Of a stretch of DNA of 64,000 bases, positions 28,903-38,838 are shown piece after piece. The translations under genes and the position numbers were made by a program. How positions within the stretch are numbered: position 1 is the stretch's first letter; every line of letters starts with the position of its first letter. The notes under the pieces are model-generated. The model was not told where the DNA came from, did not search any database, and saw only the letters and a list, made by a program, of their open reading frames with translations. This DNA comes from Nitrospirota bacterium (GTDB lineage: Bacteria; Nitrospirota; UBA9217): NCBI GenBank assembly GCA_963751455.1, contig CAVVUN010000015.1, positions 1,120,001 to 1,184,000 of the forward strand, written 5' to 3'.

Positions 28903-29339
28903 GAAATGACCCCGTACTCAATGCGCCAGAGAAGGTCTTCGACCTCCTTTGATCCTGCCTCGGTATGCAGCAGATCAAGGGGCGCTTTGCCGCCCAAGCC
29001 CACCTGTCCCCGGCGCAGCCATTCCCTGGCTTTGTCCTCGTCCTCCAGGACCTCGCAGGCGATCGAGAATATCCTCGCCAACCGGTAAAGCCGGTCGCTG
29101 GCAATGGCCGACAGGCGCTGACCCGGAGAGTTGCGGACGCGGGCCAGAGTCCGCTCGCTTACCTCGATAATGCCGGCGAAAACGGGGAGGGGAAGGTTCA
29201 GCAGGCCCCGGACGTGGTTTCCCGCCTTATAGGGGAACCCTTCGCGGATGAGCTTGTCCAGGTCCAGGGTGCTTTTGATTTTGCGTCCAAGAGAGGTCTG
29301 GCCGCCGAGAACTGATACGATATTCTGTTCGGTAAACAT
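28899..29339 (-). CDS. Xre/MbcA/ParS-type antitoxin
   Basis: SERTLAR, SDRLYRLARI, AREWL...LGGKAPLDLL.TEAG..EV..LL.RIEYG; 4-nt overlap with toxin. Confidence 0.9.
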   Translation of the reverse strand: MFTEQNIVSVLGGQTSLGRKIKSTLDLDKLIREGFPYKAGNHVRGLLNLPLPVFAGIIEVSERTLARVRNSPGQRLSAIASDRLYRLARIFSIACEVLEDEDKAREWLRRGQVGLGGKAPLDLLHTEAGSKEVEDLLWRIEYGVIS

Positions 29340-29412
29340 GAAAGTGACCTCCTGTCATCTGGCATAATATTATCAGACAAATGGCAAGCTGTCAACTGAA
29401 ATAGGTGAAAAC

Positions 29413-29538
29413 TTACTTGTACCGCTTCTTCTTCTCCATCACCACTCCGACGATCCGGTATTCCTTATCCTTGTTCAGGACGATGTCGTTGAACTTGGGA
29501 TTGAGCGGGTGAAGGATTTTGGTATTGTCGTACCGTTT
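29413..29538 (-). pseudogene. 3' remnant of a second S24 repressor paralogue
   Basis: KRYDNTKILHPLNPKFNDIVLNKDKEYRIVGVVMEKKKRYK*, similar to the end of the 27718 gene; truncated exactly at accccgttacag (29539). Confidence 0.8.
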
Positions 29539-29614
29539 ACCCCGTTACAGTTCAATCTTATAGGCGCTAATGTTACGGTATTGCAGAAGGGGAGCGGATG
29601 GCTCTGTATCGCTT

Positions 29615-30030
29615 TATTTGAACCTATTTTCATTTCCAATGAAATATATTCCTGTCGATAATACGAACAGGGAATTCATAGGCGGTCATTGGAATAAGAA
29701 ATATATTCGAGCTATACAGTCGATTCTTCTGGTTAAGAGAGGAATCGTGTCCAGTAATCGGAGTTTTTTTGAAAAGGCGTTTGGGAAAACGCTTGATGAG
29801 TATTTTGAGATACTGATGATGCCAGAGGACTTTATAATCTATCGAAAATATTTCGAAATGGAAAAAAACTGACTCCCGAATGGCAAAAATTGTATCGATC
29901 ACTAAATCAAAGCGAGAAGTCGTTATTGCTTGAAACGGTGAAAACTAACAAGGTTGCGCCATTGGAGCACGTTCACTATTCCACGAGTCTCCAGAAAATA
30001 TTGCCATATTACGAAATTACTTATGATTAA
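29615..30030 (+). pseudogene. 3' fragment of an AT-rich gene, possibly radical-SAM-like family; frameshift in A-run near 29865
   Basis: LFSFPMKYIP...FIGGHWNKKYIRAIQSIL...FFEKAFG...ILMMPE, continues LTPEWQKLY...YD*; no start or N-terminus present. Confidence 0.45.
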
Positions 30031-30129
30031 TCGTCAGTCTGGTAAAACGCCGAGTGTGGCTAATGGTATAAACATTTGTCGCTGTTCTCCGAAAACAGCG
30101 AGTGATATGTTGAGGACGATGGCGCAATA

Positions 30130-30474
30130 TTATGCGGCCGCTTTTTGAGCCCTCACATCGACGGAAGTAGGAAGCGTTATTTGCACGTTGGCCTGAGTCG
30201 CGGGGACAAACATATAGGATTGATATGAAGAATATGTAGTTGTCGTTATTACAGGCGGTTCCGGTATTTCCATGCCCAGTTCAATTCGTGTTTTTAAGTA
30301 GAGCTGCTTTGCATCTCCAAGATTTTGCAATGCTTCTTCCTGGCTTCTTCCATGACTCATACATCCCGGCAGTTGAGGATGTTCTGCGCGATAGCAGGGT
30401 TCGCCGTTCATATCTTCATCGGGTGTCACAATCGCGATGTAGGGCAATGATAAATAATGGTCGATAGTTTTCAT
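30130..30474 (-). CDS. hicB: HicB-family antitoxin
   Basis: YLSLPY, AEHPQLPGCMSHG.S.EEAL.NL.DA...IPEP. Confidence 0.85.
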   Translation of the reverse strand: MKTIDHYLSLPYIAIVTPDEDMNGEPCYRAEHPQLPGCMSHGRSQEEALQNLGDAKQLYLKTRIELGMEIPEPPVITTTTYSSYQSYMFVPATQANVQITLPTSVDVRAQKAAA

Positions 30475-30698
30475 TTCGGGTCGCCCCCCTTTAATTCCTG
30501 TAATTTCTCGATTAGTTTTATGGCTGTTTGAATATATCCTACCACAACATGGCTATGTCTGGCAACTGTTGCCATCAATTCGGGATGTTCAGGATGATAA
30601 TAAATCGTGTGATTGCCACCCTCACGGAACGTGAAACCAAAACCAGTATAAACCTTGTGCAGGTCATCCGGTGTCCAGCCATGCTTCGTGTTCTTCAT
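30471..30698 (-). CDS. hicA: HicA-family toxin
   Basis: GFTFREGGNH..Y.HP......VARH; overlaps hicB by 4 nt. Confidence 0.75.
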   Translation of the reverse strand: MKNTKHGWTPDDLHKVYTGFGFTFREGGNHTIYYHPEHPELMATVARHSHVVVGYIQTAIKLIEKLQELKGGDPK

Positions 30699-30825
30699 TT
30701 TCTCGAAGTATGGCTATCATTCTAATAGATGGGGATGTTGTTCACATACCTATAACGCTGAAGACGAGCGCGCGGCCGATTTAGAATAATTCCGGGTAAG
30801 AGGTGTGATAGTTCAAGTCGTCCGT

Positions 30826-30857
30826 AAAAAAGCCCGCTCATAAGAGCGGGCTTTCTT
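30826..30857. terminator. Bidirectional intrinsic terminator near the right island boundary
   Basis: aaaaaagcccgctc-ataa-gagcgggctttctt. Confidence 0.8.
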
Positions 30858-30901
30858 GCGTTTTGGAGGAATCTATATCGATCCCGAAACTGCTCTCTTT
30901 A

Positions 30902-31123
30902 CTATGCTTCCTTGTGGCGTGTTTCCTCTCTTAACGATGATATCCCGAGCAGTTTATACGCCGGACAGAAGCCCACGCTGCTCGTCACGAGAAAGATCAC
31001 TGCAAAGATCCCCAGAATAATTGCCGCTATGCCGGTAAGCTGGCCTGTAAAATACAGGATGCCAACGATCACGGCAAGAATTGTCCTAAGCACCCGGTCA
31101 ACAACTCCCATGTTTTTTTTCAT
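30902..31123 (-). CDS. DUF2892 (YgaP-like) membrane protein
   Basis: MKKNMGVVDRVLR...two TM...GFCPAY.LLGIS; GGAGG SD. Confidence 0.88.
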   Translation of the reverse strand: MKKNMGVVDRVLRTILAVIVGILYFTGQLTGIAAIILGIFAVIFLVTSSVGFCPAYKLLGISSLREETRHKEA

Positions 31124-31282
31124 CGTTCTCACCTCCATCTTATAAAGCCGAACGCCTGAACAATGCCGGTGGCGAGTCCGATGCAAATGAGGCATGCCAA
31201 GCTAAATTAATATCCTTTCAGAACTATTGGCATGGAATCCCGACGCGATCATTTCTCTTAATTTAAGTATACCACCCCGTAA

Positions 31283-32485
31283 TCAGGCCGCCAATTTTCC
31301 CAGTTCCTGTGCCGGAGACTTCCCGAGGAACCGGTATTCGCCTATATTCTGTTTTCTGGCTTCCTGCTGTCCGGCCTCGATTCTTGCTTCTATGGACGCC
31401 TTTGAGAAATCCGAGGGGCTTCTGAGTTCTGCGGCGGCAGTGAAGGGTATCATCGTAAAGGCGTCAATGCGTCTGTGGTCCAGCAGGCCTTTGAACCCGG
31501 GATGATCCTGGAGCTCGTGAACCGTGGCGCCCCTGCCTGCGGATGCCAGTGCGTCGTTCAGCTCCTTTTTGAGTTTTTCGTCGGCATTTATCGTTTTCAG
31601 AATAAAATCGATGTTTTCGGCCAGGTCCATGAATTCCGAATAGTTCACAAACAATTTCTTATCGAGTTCGAGCTTGCTGGCGAAGATCAAATTGAAGAAG
31701 CGGGAAATGACTTCCTCCATGGTGTTCGGTATCGTTCCCTGCATGGGGACCAGCTCGACAACAATGATTTCGCGTTTTACCCCGCGGCTGCGTGCCCCGC
31801 ATCGTTCGAGGCAGTTGATCGCCTCAGACAGGGGGGTGTTCGAGTGAACGCCGCCGTCCCAGTAATAGCCGTCCTTTATCCGGGTCATAGGGAATGCCGG
31901 CGGCAGGCTTCCGCTCGCGAGGATATGATCGATCGATAAGTCCTGTTCGTTCTCGAATTTTCCGCCCTCGCGTATACTCAGTGCGTTTCCGAATTTCGCG
32001 AAGCGGCCGCTCTCCACGTTCACGGCGGTCACCACAACCTGGCAATGCGTATTCAGCCTCTTCGGGTCTACGGCTTTCTGCAAGGTAGCTCTGAGCGGGT
32101 GGGTATCATAAATGCTGTTTGTGGTGAAAGGAGCGAAGACGGGATTATAGACGTACTCGGGGCGCAGGCGGTACATGCCCTGATTGCCCAGTATTGACAG
32201 GAGCTGCTGGAACTTCTGTGGTATAAAATCGTATGCAAGTTCGAAAAAGGCAGGCAGGGGCGCGAGTTCGGCGAAATCAACGCGCCAGATTTTGTCCAGA
32301 ACATCAAGGGGGTTTTCGGCTCCGGCCAGTATGGCCGCATTTACCGCTCCGATGGAAATTCCGGTGATCACATCAGGTTTGAAACCAGGGCGGGACTTGA
32401 AGAGCTCTTTCATAACGCCATATTCATACGCCCCCAGGGCTCCTCCGCCCTGCAGAACAATTGCCGTGTATATATCTTTTTCCAT
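31283..32485 (-). CDS. Patatin-like phospholipase
   Basis: LQGGGALGAY, GISIG (GxSxG), ASGSLPP.FP, YWDGG..SNTP. Confidence 0.92.
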   Translation of the reverse strand: MEKDIYTAIVLQGGGALGAYEYGVMKELFKSRPGFKPDVITGISIGAVNAAILAGAENPLDVLDKIWRVDFAELAPLPAFFELAYDFIPQKFQQLLSILGNQGMYRLRPEYVYNPVFAPFTTNSIYDTHPLRATLQKAVDPKRLNTHCQVVVTAVNVESGRFAKFGNALSIREGGKFENEQDLSIDHILASGSLPPAFPMTRIKDGYYWDGGVHSNTPLSEAINCLERCGARSRGVKREIIVVELVPMQGTIPNTMEEVISRFFNLIFASKLELDKKLFVNYSEFMDLAENIDFILKTINADEKLKKELNDALASAGRGATVHELQDHPGFKGLLDHRRIDAFTMIPFTAAAELRSPSDFSKASIEARIEAGQQEARKQNIGEYRFLGKSPAQELGKLAA

Positions 32486-32862
32486 AGTTCCCTCCAATCA
32501 AAGCAAACGTTAATTATTTCTTTTTATAGAGTAACACAACTTCGATCATGGACGGAACGTGTGGTCAGATTTTACAGGAGGAAAAAGTAAGAGATGACGT
32601 GCGCGTTCGGCTGCGCCTTTTCAGTTTCCCGAGGGCATTTACGTTGTATAATCAGGCAGCGAGAGGAGTCCCATGTCACGTCCAAGGTCAATTCATTTAA
32701 ATATAGTGATCCGGAAAATATAAAGCCTCTGGTATTGGAAACCAAAGGGAGGGAAAAGAGATATACTTAAGGGAATAAAAGCAACAATCCCGAATGCCGG
32801 GCATTTTCCCCCTGACCCCCGATATTTCAAATAATATAGCGATTCGTGCCATCATGAGACAT

Positions 32863-33822
32863 ATGCACCTGAGAGAACGCATCGTTCAACTTCTTATTGT
32901 CTTCCTTTATATGATTCTATTGCCGGGGCAGGCGTGTCCCTCGGACATTCTCGCTCAAAATGAAGGTATCGACCGGGCAGCTGCCAGACCAGAACCGGCC
33001 GGCCGCTTCTACAACCCTCCGATTATTGAGCCGCGCGAGGGCGGCGGATTGCTCATCTATTTTCCTGCCGGAGATCTCTATCCGCCGTATGCAGCTGATC
33101 CGGTTCGTATGGGGCTGGCTGTTGAACCGGTCACTGTTACGAAGGTCGGCATCGAGAATACCAGCAATAAGCGGATCAATCTCAGCGCCGGGGCGGAAAT
33201 GCCTTTCATACGGTCCCAGAGGGGCGATCAGCCGGACGTCGGCTGGCAGCTTACCCTTGTAGGGGGTTTCAACGACCAGAATGATGTCGGCATACATCTG
33301 GACAACATCGGATGGGACGGACATTACGGATTGATGGTGAATATCGCACCGCAATCCGGACTCGCATTCAAACTGGCCCTGCTCCATATATCCAGCCACG
33401 TGGGCGATGAGTTCGCGGAGAGGACAGGCAGGACGCGTATCGGATACACCCGTCAGGAAGCGGCTGCCGGCATAAGCTGGATCATATCGAAACGGTGGCG
33501 CATCTATTCGGAAGCAGGGGATGCATTTGATCTCGGCAACGAGGAACTCCAGAAAAAATGGAGGACACAACACGGGCTCGAATACGAGTCAGGCCCCTGG
33601 CTGTGGAAAGGCCGGATTGCATGGTATGCCGGGGTCGACGTGCAGCGCATGCAGGAGAGGAATTGGCACAATGATACAGCGGCCCAGTTGGGACTCGTTC
33701 TCCGTTCGCTTGGAAGAACCGTCCGGGTCGCCGTGTCCCTGTACAACGGGAGGCCGCCGATAGGGGAGTTTTTCCAGCACACTGAAAGCTACAGGAGCTA
33801 TGGTCTTTGGATAGATTTCTGA
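32863..33822 (+). CDS. Exported beta-strand-rich protein, DUF1207-like
   Basis: Signal peptide, LYPPYAADP, HISSHVGDEF, GEFF, terminal GLWIDF; start uncertain. Confidence 0.6.
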   Translation: MHLRERIVQLLIVFLYMILLPGQACPSDILAQNEGIDRAAARPEPAGRFYNPPIIEPREGGGLLIYFPAGDLYPPYAADPVRMGLAVEPVTVTKVGIENTSNKRINLSAGAEMPFIRSQRGDQPDVGWQLTLVGGFNDQNDVGIHLDNIGWDGHYGLMVNIAPQSGLAFKLALLHISSHVGDEFAERTGRTRIGYTRQEAAAGISWIISKRWRIYSEAGDAFDLGNEELQKKWRTQHGLEYESGPWLWKGRIAWYAGVDVQRMQERNWHNDTAAQLGLVLRSLGRTVRVAVSLYNGRPPIGEFFQHTESYRSYGLWIDF

Positions 33823-33912
33823 AATATTATTAAAACGACTGAATGCGCGCAACGAGGAAAGAAGGCTTATTCAATAAAGGTTGAATCGAGTCCAGAGCTT
33901 AAGAGAATATTA

Positions 33913-34674
33913 TTAATTACCCGCCAACGCAATGCCTTTCATGATGTCGTCCCAGATAAACTGCCGGATGAAGTCCTGATCTCTCGGCGCAATGTCAACG
34001 AACCGCAGTCCAATACCGGATTCCAGGTCTGGTCCGCAGCCGGCCTGGCAGTTGTAAAGGACCACCGCGTCAGCAGCAATAGTGCGGCCGTTCAGGTTCA
34101 ACTCGAGCGAAAGTTCGGTATTGACTGAAAGAGGGTTCATTGTTCTCAGGAACATGCCGCCGTCCGATAGGGCCAGCGTATATGCGCCGTAGAGGCTCTC
34201 CTGTGCCTGGCCGTACACCTTTACGGGCTGCACAGTCCGGACCCGGATGCTCGCCCGCGGATTTTTCTCCATCGCAACCTGAACTGTCCGATACAGCGTT
34301 TCGGCCTTGATCGGCCGCCAGAGACAGCCGACTGCGCCAAGTTCAAAGCACCGGTCTTGTATGTTCCGGTCGTGTTGCTGCATAAGCCCGATGAGAGGTA
34401 TGTGAAGAGTGGCACTGTTACGGGTGAGCTCGTGCATCAGGTCGAATACGTTGACATCGGGAAGGTCGACGGCAATTAGGATAAGACAGGGCACATCGCG
34501 TTTGGCAACAGCAACCGCTTCTTTGCCGGTCGTTGCCTTAAGAACGTGATAGCCGAACCGTCCAAGAAGGATAGAGACGCAGGAGAGGCTGTAAGGGGCA
34601 TGGTCCGCAACCAGCACGGATAGTCTTTTTCGATTGGATTTTTTTTGCGGAATTCCTGCTTTTTGTTCCGTCAT
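33913..34674 (-). CDS. Receiver-like domain + PilZ domain protein
   Basis: REC fold with degenerate acidic pocket, then PRASIR, LSDGGMF, GIGLRF. Confidence 0.82.
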   Translation of the reverse strand: MTEQKAGIPQKKSNRKRLSVLVADHAPYSLSCVSILLGRFGYHVLKATTGKEAVAVAKRDVPCLILIAVDLPDVNVFDLMHELTRNSATLHIPLIGLMQQHDRNIQDRCFELGAVGCLWRPIKAETLYRTVQVAMEKNPRASIRVRTVQPVKVYGQAQESLYGAYTLALSDGGMFLRTMNPLSVNTELSLELNLNGRTIAADAVVLYNCQAGCGPDLESGIGLRFVDIAPRDQDFIRQFIWDDIMKGIALAGN

Positions 34675-35119
34675 CCCGGACTCCCGGAAAAAATACCCCG
34701 AAAAAACGACCTGTTAAGTGTTTCCTGGTTTAGTCGCTATTTACAAACTTAGTCTACTATAGAAAGAAAGCCGGTGTCAAGGCAATCAGTCAAACGATAA
34801 ATACAGAATCTTACACCTAACGCGGCCTCTGGCCGCAACCAACGGTGACGTCTAAGGGTTACGAAGCCCGTATCGTCAAGCGTCGAGCGGAAGGATTTAA
34901 GCCCAACGACGAAGCCTTTAGAGATGAAACGGGCCTCGCCTGCACCCGCGTTTTCGCAAGAGCAGGGTGTTACCGTTACCGAACGACGAAAACCATTTAA
35001 CCCAAAAAAAGCATTTGGGACGCAGAAAAATCGGATAAACGCAATAAGGTCGGATAAAAAACGTTCTTGTATCGTAAAAGCAGTCACCCTGCGGGTGAAT
35101 TTTTTTCTCTAAAAATTCT

Positions 35120-35287
35120 GTAACTACTCAGGTCACTTTTTTATCCGCAGATTACGCAGATTTCGCAGATAAAAACAAAACCAGAATTCCGGTTTTAGAA
35201 TCTGCGTCAATCTGCGAAATCTGCGGATAGAAGGGCTTTTTCTTAGATTTGTCTTAATGCTGTTCTGAAAAGAAGCTGAATAGTTAC
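35120..35287. mobile_element. 168-bp MITE with 8-bp target duplication and internal nonamer palindrome
   Basis: TIRs gtaactactcag / ctgaatagttac; aaaattct on both sides (35112-35119, 35288-35295); inner atccgcagattacgcagatttcgcagat...atctgcgtcaatctgcgaaatctgcggat. Confidence 0.85.
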
Positions 35288-35391
35288 AAAATTCTTTTGT
35301 TTGATCTGCGGTTATCTGCGTTCATCGCGTCCAACTGCCGTTTTCAGGATTAAACATTTGCGCGAATGTGCCACTTTCAGAGAATGACATA

Positions 35392-36417
35392 TTACACCAC
35401 GTGGTCGGCGCACGCCAGGAAGGCCTTTGCATTGCGAAGAGGCGTATCGGGCGGAAGATCGCAGGAGGGCATGAGAATGAACTTCCGGAAGGGATCGGAA
35501 ATCCCCGACATCGCTTCGGAAACCGAGTCGCACAGAACGGCCGGGTCGCCGCCGAAAACGTTTTTGATCACATCCACGTTGCCCGCGGTGACGAGCTGCC
35601 GCGGGCTGTACATATTGTAGACCTCGGAAAGGGATACGCCGGCATCGAGGGATATGCAGTCCGCGCCGGTCTCGGGGTAAAGGGAAACCTGGGAGCTGAT
35701 ATTGCCGCATTGATGCATGAACCCCGCGACCCCGCGTTTCTTCATTTGTTCGAAAAGCTTCTTTTCGCAGGGCAGGACGACCTCGCGGTAAAGATCCATT
35801 GGAATGAGCGTAGCAGCGCCGTCGGATATCACGATGCCGTCGATTGCACCCTGTTCTATGAGAGGTATGAACAGGGCGGACGAAAGGCGAACCCCGAGTT
35901 CGCATACTTCCCGGATAAACTCCCGGTCCGTCATCGTTTTTTCCTGGAGCAGGTTCCAGTCGCACAGGATCATGGCCCACGTGTACGGGCCCCAGGAAGT
36001 GACGCAGAGAAAGCGTTCAGGCAGCCGTTTTCTGAGGCGGCCGATCATCTCGACGAGCGCGAGGGAATGTGGAGAATCCGCGAGATTCACCTTTTCGAAA
36101 TAACGGGCGTCTTCCGTTTTGCTGATCAGCGGGTGCGCCAGCAGCGGCGCCTGCTCTTCCCGGAAGGCGAGTTCACCGCCGAGGGCCTCGGCCGGGAAGC
36201 TGTTGAGCCCTGAGCCGGGGAAGATAATATCCGTATCGAGCTGGTTGAAAAAGAGAGCGAGCGTCTCTGCATAGCGCTCAGGGTCCCCGGCAAGGTTTTG
36301 CATGCTGAGTCCGGTCTGTCGGTACGACCAACGCCCTGCTCCGAAGAGAGCCCGGGGCAGACGCTTGCTCTTCTCTCCGTGCAGCACTTCCTTGATAAAT
36401 TCCCTCGTGTCCATCAT
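35392..36417 (-). CDS. Uroporphyrinogen decarboxylase / MtaA-CmuA family protein
   Basis: AEALGG, GPYT, HQCG, SLD, GNVD, FILMPSCDLP..TP..N. Confidence 0.85.
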   Translation of the reverse strand: MMDTREFIKEVLHGEKSKRLPRALFGAGRWSYRQTGLSMQNLAGDPERYAETLALFFNQLDTDIIFPGSGLNSFPAEALGGELAFREEQAPLLAHPLISKTEDARYFEKVNLADSPHSLALVEMIGRLRKRLPERFLCVTSWGPYTWAMILCDWNLLQEKTMTDREFIREVCELGVRLSSALFIPLIEQGAIDGIVISDGAATLIPMDLYREVVLPCEKKLFEQMKKRGVAGFMHQCGNISSQVSLYPETGADCISLDAGVSLSEVYNMYSPRQLVTAGNVDVIKNVFGGDPAVLCDSVSEAMSGISDPFRKFILMPSCDLPPDTPLRNAKAFLACADHVV

Positions 36418-36424
36418 GGCGCCT

Positions 36425-37222
36425 CTATTTCTGCCCTAGATGCCAGCCGCCCACGTTCAGCTCTTTTGAATGGAACTGAGAGCGGTTTTGGACAGGTTCA
36501 ATATGCCATGTCCATGCCGCATCCGGAGCGGGCAGCTTCAGATCCGCTATCGTAGACTCCCTGCTGAATATCGCCCCTTCCCGGTCACGCTTAACGGACT
36601 CAAAGTCGGATACCATACAAACAGGGCAGGCGAGAGACAGTAAAGACGTGTAATGCGATTGCACGATTGCACGGCACCATTCATTGACCTGCTCTCCACT
36701 CAACCCGGGCAGCTGCCTTACAGCGTATTGGCGGGGAATGACCGTGAGCTGCGAAAGTATGTTCAGGGACACTACGAGGTCCGCGTATTCATAGTCTTTC
36801 GGCGAGGCGCATACCGGCTCGGGCAACTCATGAATTCCGTATTGTTTGTTGTTATAAATGCGTTCCGCGATATTCGTCACATCGTGCTCGATAAACCGTG
36901 CGTTCTCATGCTGTTTCAGGATTTTACGAACTTCGGGCAGGCAGACGACGTCCATCAGGATAACCTCGCGGAACAGCGAGGCAATCTCGGATAGCGGAAC
37001 ATCAAGCAGGAGACCCGAGCCCAGAATAACGACCGTGTTTCTCTTTTTGCATTTCTCTGCTATGGACAACACGAACCCACGCGTCCTGTCAAGATGAGGC
37101 TGCCATGCGTCCTGCCGCTGTCGATACCTGTTCCGCATGGCGATAGCCTCATCGAGATACCCCATTGCACGGATATACGGAGAACAGGAAGCTGTTAAAG
37201 AGGTAAAGAGGTCCAGAAGCAT
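36425..37222 (-). CDS. Hypothetical protein with SAM-binding-like motif
   Basis: VVILGSGLLLDVPL...VILMDVV, DVT, VVSLNILSQL; start moved to MLLDLF since the upstream extension is repeat-derived. Confidence 0.65.
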   Translation of the reverse strand: MLLDLFTSLTASCSPYIRAMGYLDEAIAMRNRYRQRQDAWQPHLDRTRGFVLSIAEKCKKRNTVVILGSGLLLDVPLSEIASLFREVILMDVVCLPEVRKILKQHENARFIEHDVTNIAERIYNNKQYGIHELPEPVCASPKDYEYADLVVSLNILSQLTVIPRQYAVRQLPGLSGEQVNEWCRAIVQSHYTSLLSLACPVCMVSDFESVKRDREGAIFSRESTIADLKLPAPDAAWTWHIEPVQNRSQFHSKELNVGGWHLGQK

Positions 37223-37234
37223 ATATATGGAAAA

Positions 37235-37735
37235 CACCCTGCCATGAAGTGCGAGATCCTTGTTTTTTTTCTGCACCACCGGTCCCCAGCGCCGCGCAGA
37301 CATGCCAGAACATCTGCAGTTGTATTTGCAAAACAGCCACCCAGCCAGCACCCAGCGACTACGAGTGCGATGGCGCGAGTGCAGGGTGTGCGCTGAGCTT
37401 CGCTGCGCTGCGCACAATACTTAGACTCATTGTTGTACCCTCTCACTGAGAAACATGCGAGGGGAATCAAGGACCGCATGCACGGTTTGTGGTTTGCCGA
37501 CTCTGCTGCCGGTCATGTAAAGCGCGAACGCTGGTCACACCCCATACTCGCGGTTCCACTCGTAACTATCGGGTGCAGGCGGGATGCAGGGGTGTCTGGA
37601 AAAACGAAAAAAAATATTAAAGAGTGTGACTGCGCGCTTGCGTAGTTTGTAATTGCCACGCATGACATTGATAATCACGGTTTAAGAAAAAACCGAAAGA
37701 ACTGGCGTTTTCATCCGTGTCAATCAGTGGCTAAA
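37235..37735. repeat. Long modular repeat copy with two 42-bp-family inserts (~37345-37388, 37538-37579) and a nonamer element
   Basis: Shares gccatgaagt...gatccttgtttttttctgcaccacc, ttagactcattgt.gtacc, ccggtcatgtaaagcgcg, gggatgcaggggtgtctggaaaa with the other copies. Confidence 0.8.
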
Positions 37736-38396
37736 CTAATTCTTTCTCTTCCGATCGGAGGCGCACGTTGTCCAGGATATGCACCCCGGGCTCGTCCGCA
37801 TCGGCGGAACGCACCAGTGCTGCTGCAACCTGGGAAGCATACACCGGCCGCCATGTCGACGGCGCCAACCAGCCGACCTTTTTGGCAAGTTCTTCACCGA
37901 AACGACGCTTGGGCCTTTCACCCAGAAGCAGCGACGGCCGGGCAATCGTAACCGAGGGATAATCGAGGGCCAGAATGGCTTCTTCCAGTTCTCCTTTTAC
38001 GCGGTTGTAGAAGAAGACCGATTTTGCGTCGGCGCCGAGCGCGCTCACGAAGAGAAAGTGGCGGGCGCCTTGGGCACGCGCTGCTTTTGCGATCGCAAGG
38101 GTATATTCGAAATCAACACGGTGGAAAGCCTCTTGAGAGCCTGCCTGGTGGATGGTGGTGCCGAGGGCGCTGAATACCAGGTCCGCTTTGAACCAGTCGG
38201 GATGGTCCTGCAAATGATCAAAGTCGATCCTGCATTCACGGACCAGCGGCTTCCTGTCCTCATCCCGCAGGGAACGGCGGACCAAGGCCCTCACTTCCTC
38301 CATCCCTTCATGCTCCGAAAGAAGGCGAAGGATTTGCCGGCCCACGAGTCCTGTGGCGCCGGCCAGCACCGCAACCTGCTTCTCTTTTGTCTTCAT
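37731..38396 (-). CDS. NAD(P)-binding Rossmann protein (YraR/TIP30-like)
   Basis: GATGLVG, ALGTT..QAGS..AF.RVD, VSALGAD, FYNRVKGELE, RPSLLLG. Confidence 0.9.
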   Translation of the reverse strand: MKTKEKQVAVLAGATGLVGRQILRLLSEHEGMEEVRALVRRSLRDEDRKPLVRECRIDFDHLQDHPDWFKADLVFSALGTTIHQAGSQEAFHRVDFEYTLAIAKAARAQGARHFLFVSALGADAKSVFFYNRVKGELEEAILALDYPSVTIARPSLLLGERPKRRFGEELAKKVGWLAPSTWRPVYASQVAAALVRSADADEPGVHILDNVRLRSEEKELV

Positions 38397-38406
38397 TTGC
38401 GTTACC

Positions 38407-38838
38407 TCATGGAGCCGAGTATGTCAAGGTGCTTCTCAGGGCTGCGAGAACCAGGCAGACAGCTGTCAGGGTCGAAACAATTGCGGGGGCCGCAAAAAAG
38501 TTAGTCCAGCACAGAACCGCGACAGCTGCCTGGGCCACTGCAAAAGGCCAGGCCAGTTTCCGCACAGTCTGCGGCGTTTCCTTGACCATGCTGCCGAGCT
38601 GCCAGGAGAACACCGCGGAAAACAGGAGAAACACGGTCACGAGCAGGCCGAACCCGAAGTAAAAATCCCAAAGGCTGCGGCTGGCTCCCATGACATCGAA
38701 CCGGACCGTGCGCATGCCGGAAATTACAATGTCAACTCCTAATCCTTTGCTTGACTGGCGGAACATCCCGAACGTGTGGGTCAAACCGAAAAAGAACAGA
38801 AGACAGGAAGAAACTTTATAGAGCAGGGATGCTTTCAT
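38407..38838 (-). CDS. Four-TM membrane protein
   Basis: AAGGAGG SD; GLTHTFG, WDFYFGFG, four hydrophobic segments. Confidence 0.75.
   Translation of the reverse strand: MKASLLYKVSSCLLFFFGLTHTFGMFRQSSKGLGVDIVISGMRTVRFDVMGASRSLWDFYFGFGLLVTVFLLFSAVFSWQLGSMVKETPQTVRKLAWPFAVAQAAVAVLCWTNFFAAPAIVSTLTAVCLVLAALRSTLTYSAP

Noticed and set aside
30745-30790. Integron attC-like site before hicA (and RYYYAAC-like words at ~34815-34910)
   Set aside because: No matching GTTRRRY partner box at a suitable distance could be identified, and no integron integrase is present.
34749-35112. Small ORFs or ncRNA upstream of the REC-PilZ gene
   Set aside because: No recognisable protein motif, SD or RNA family could be supported by eye.
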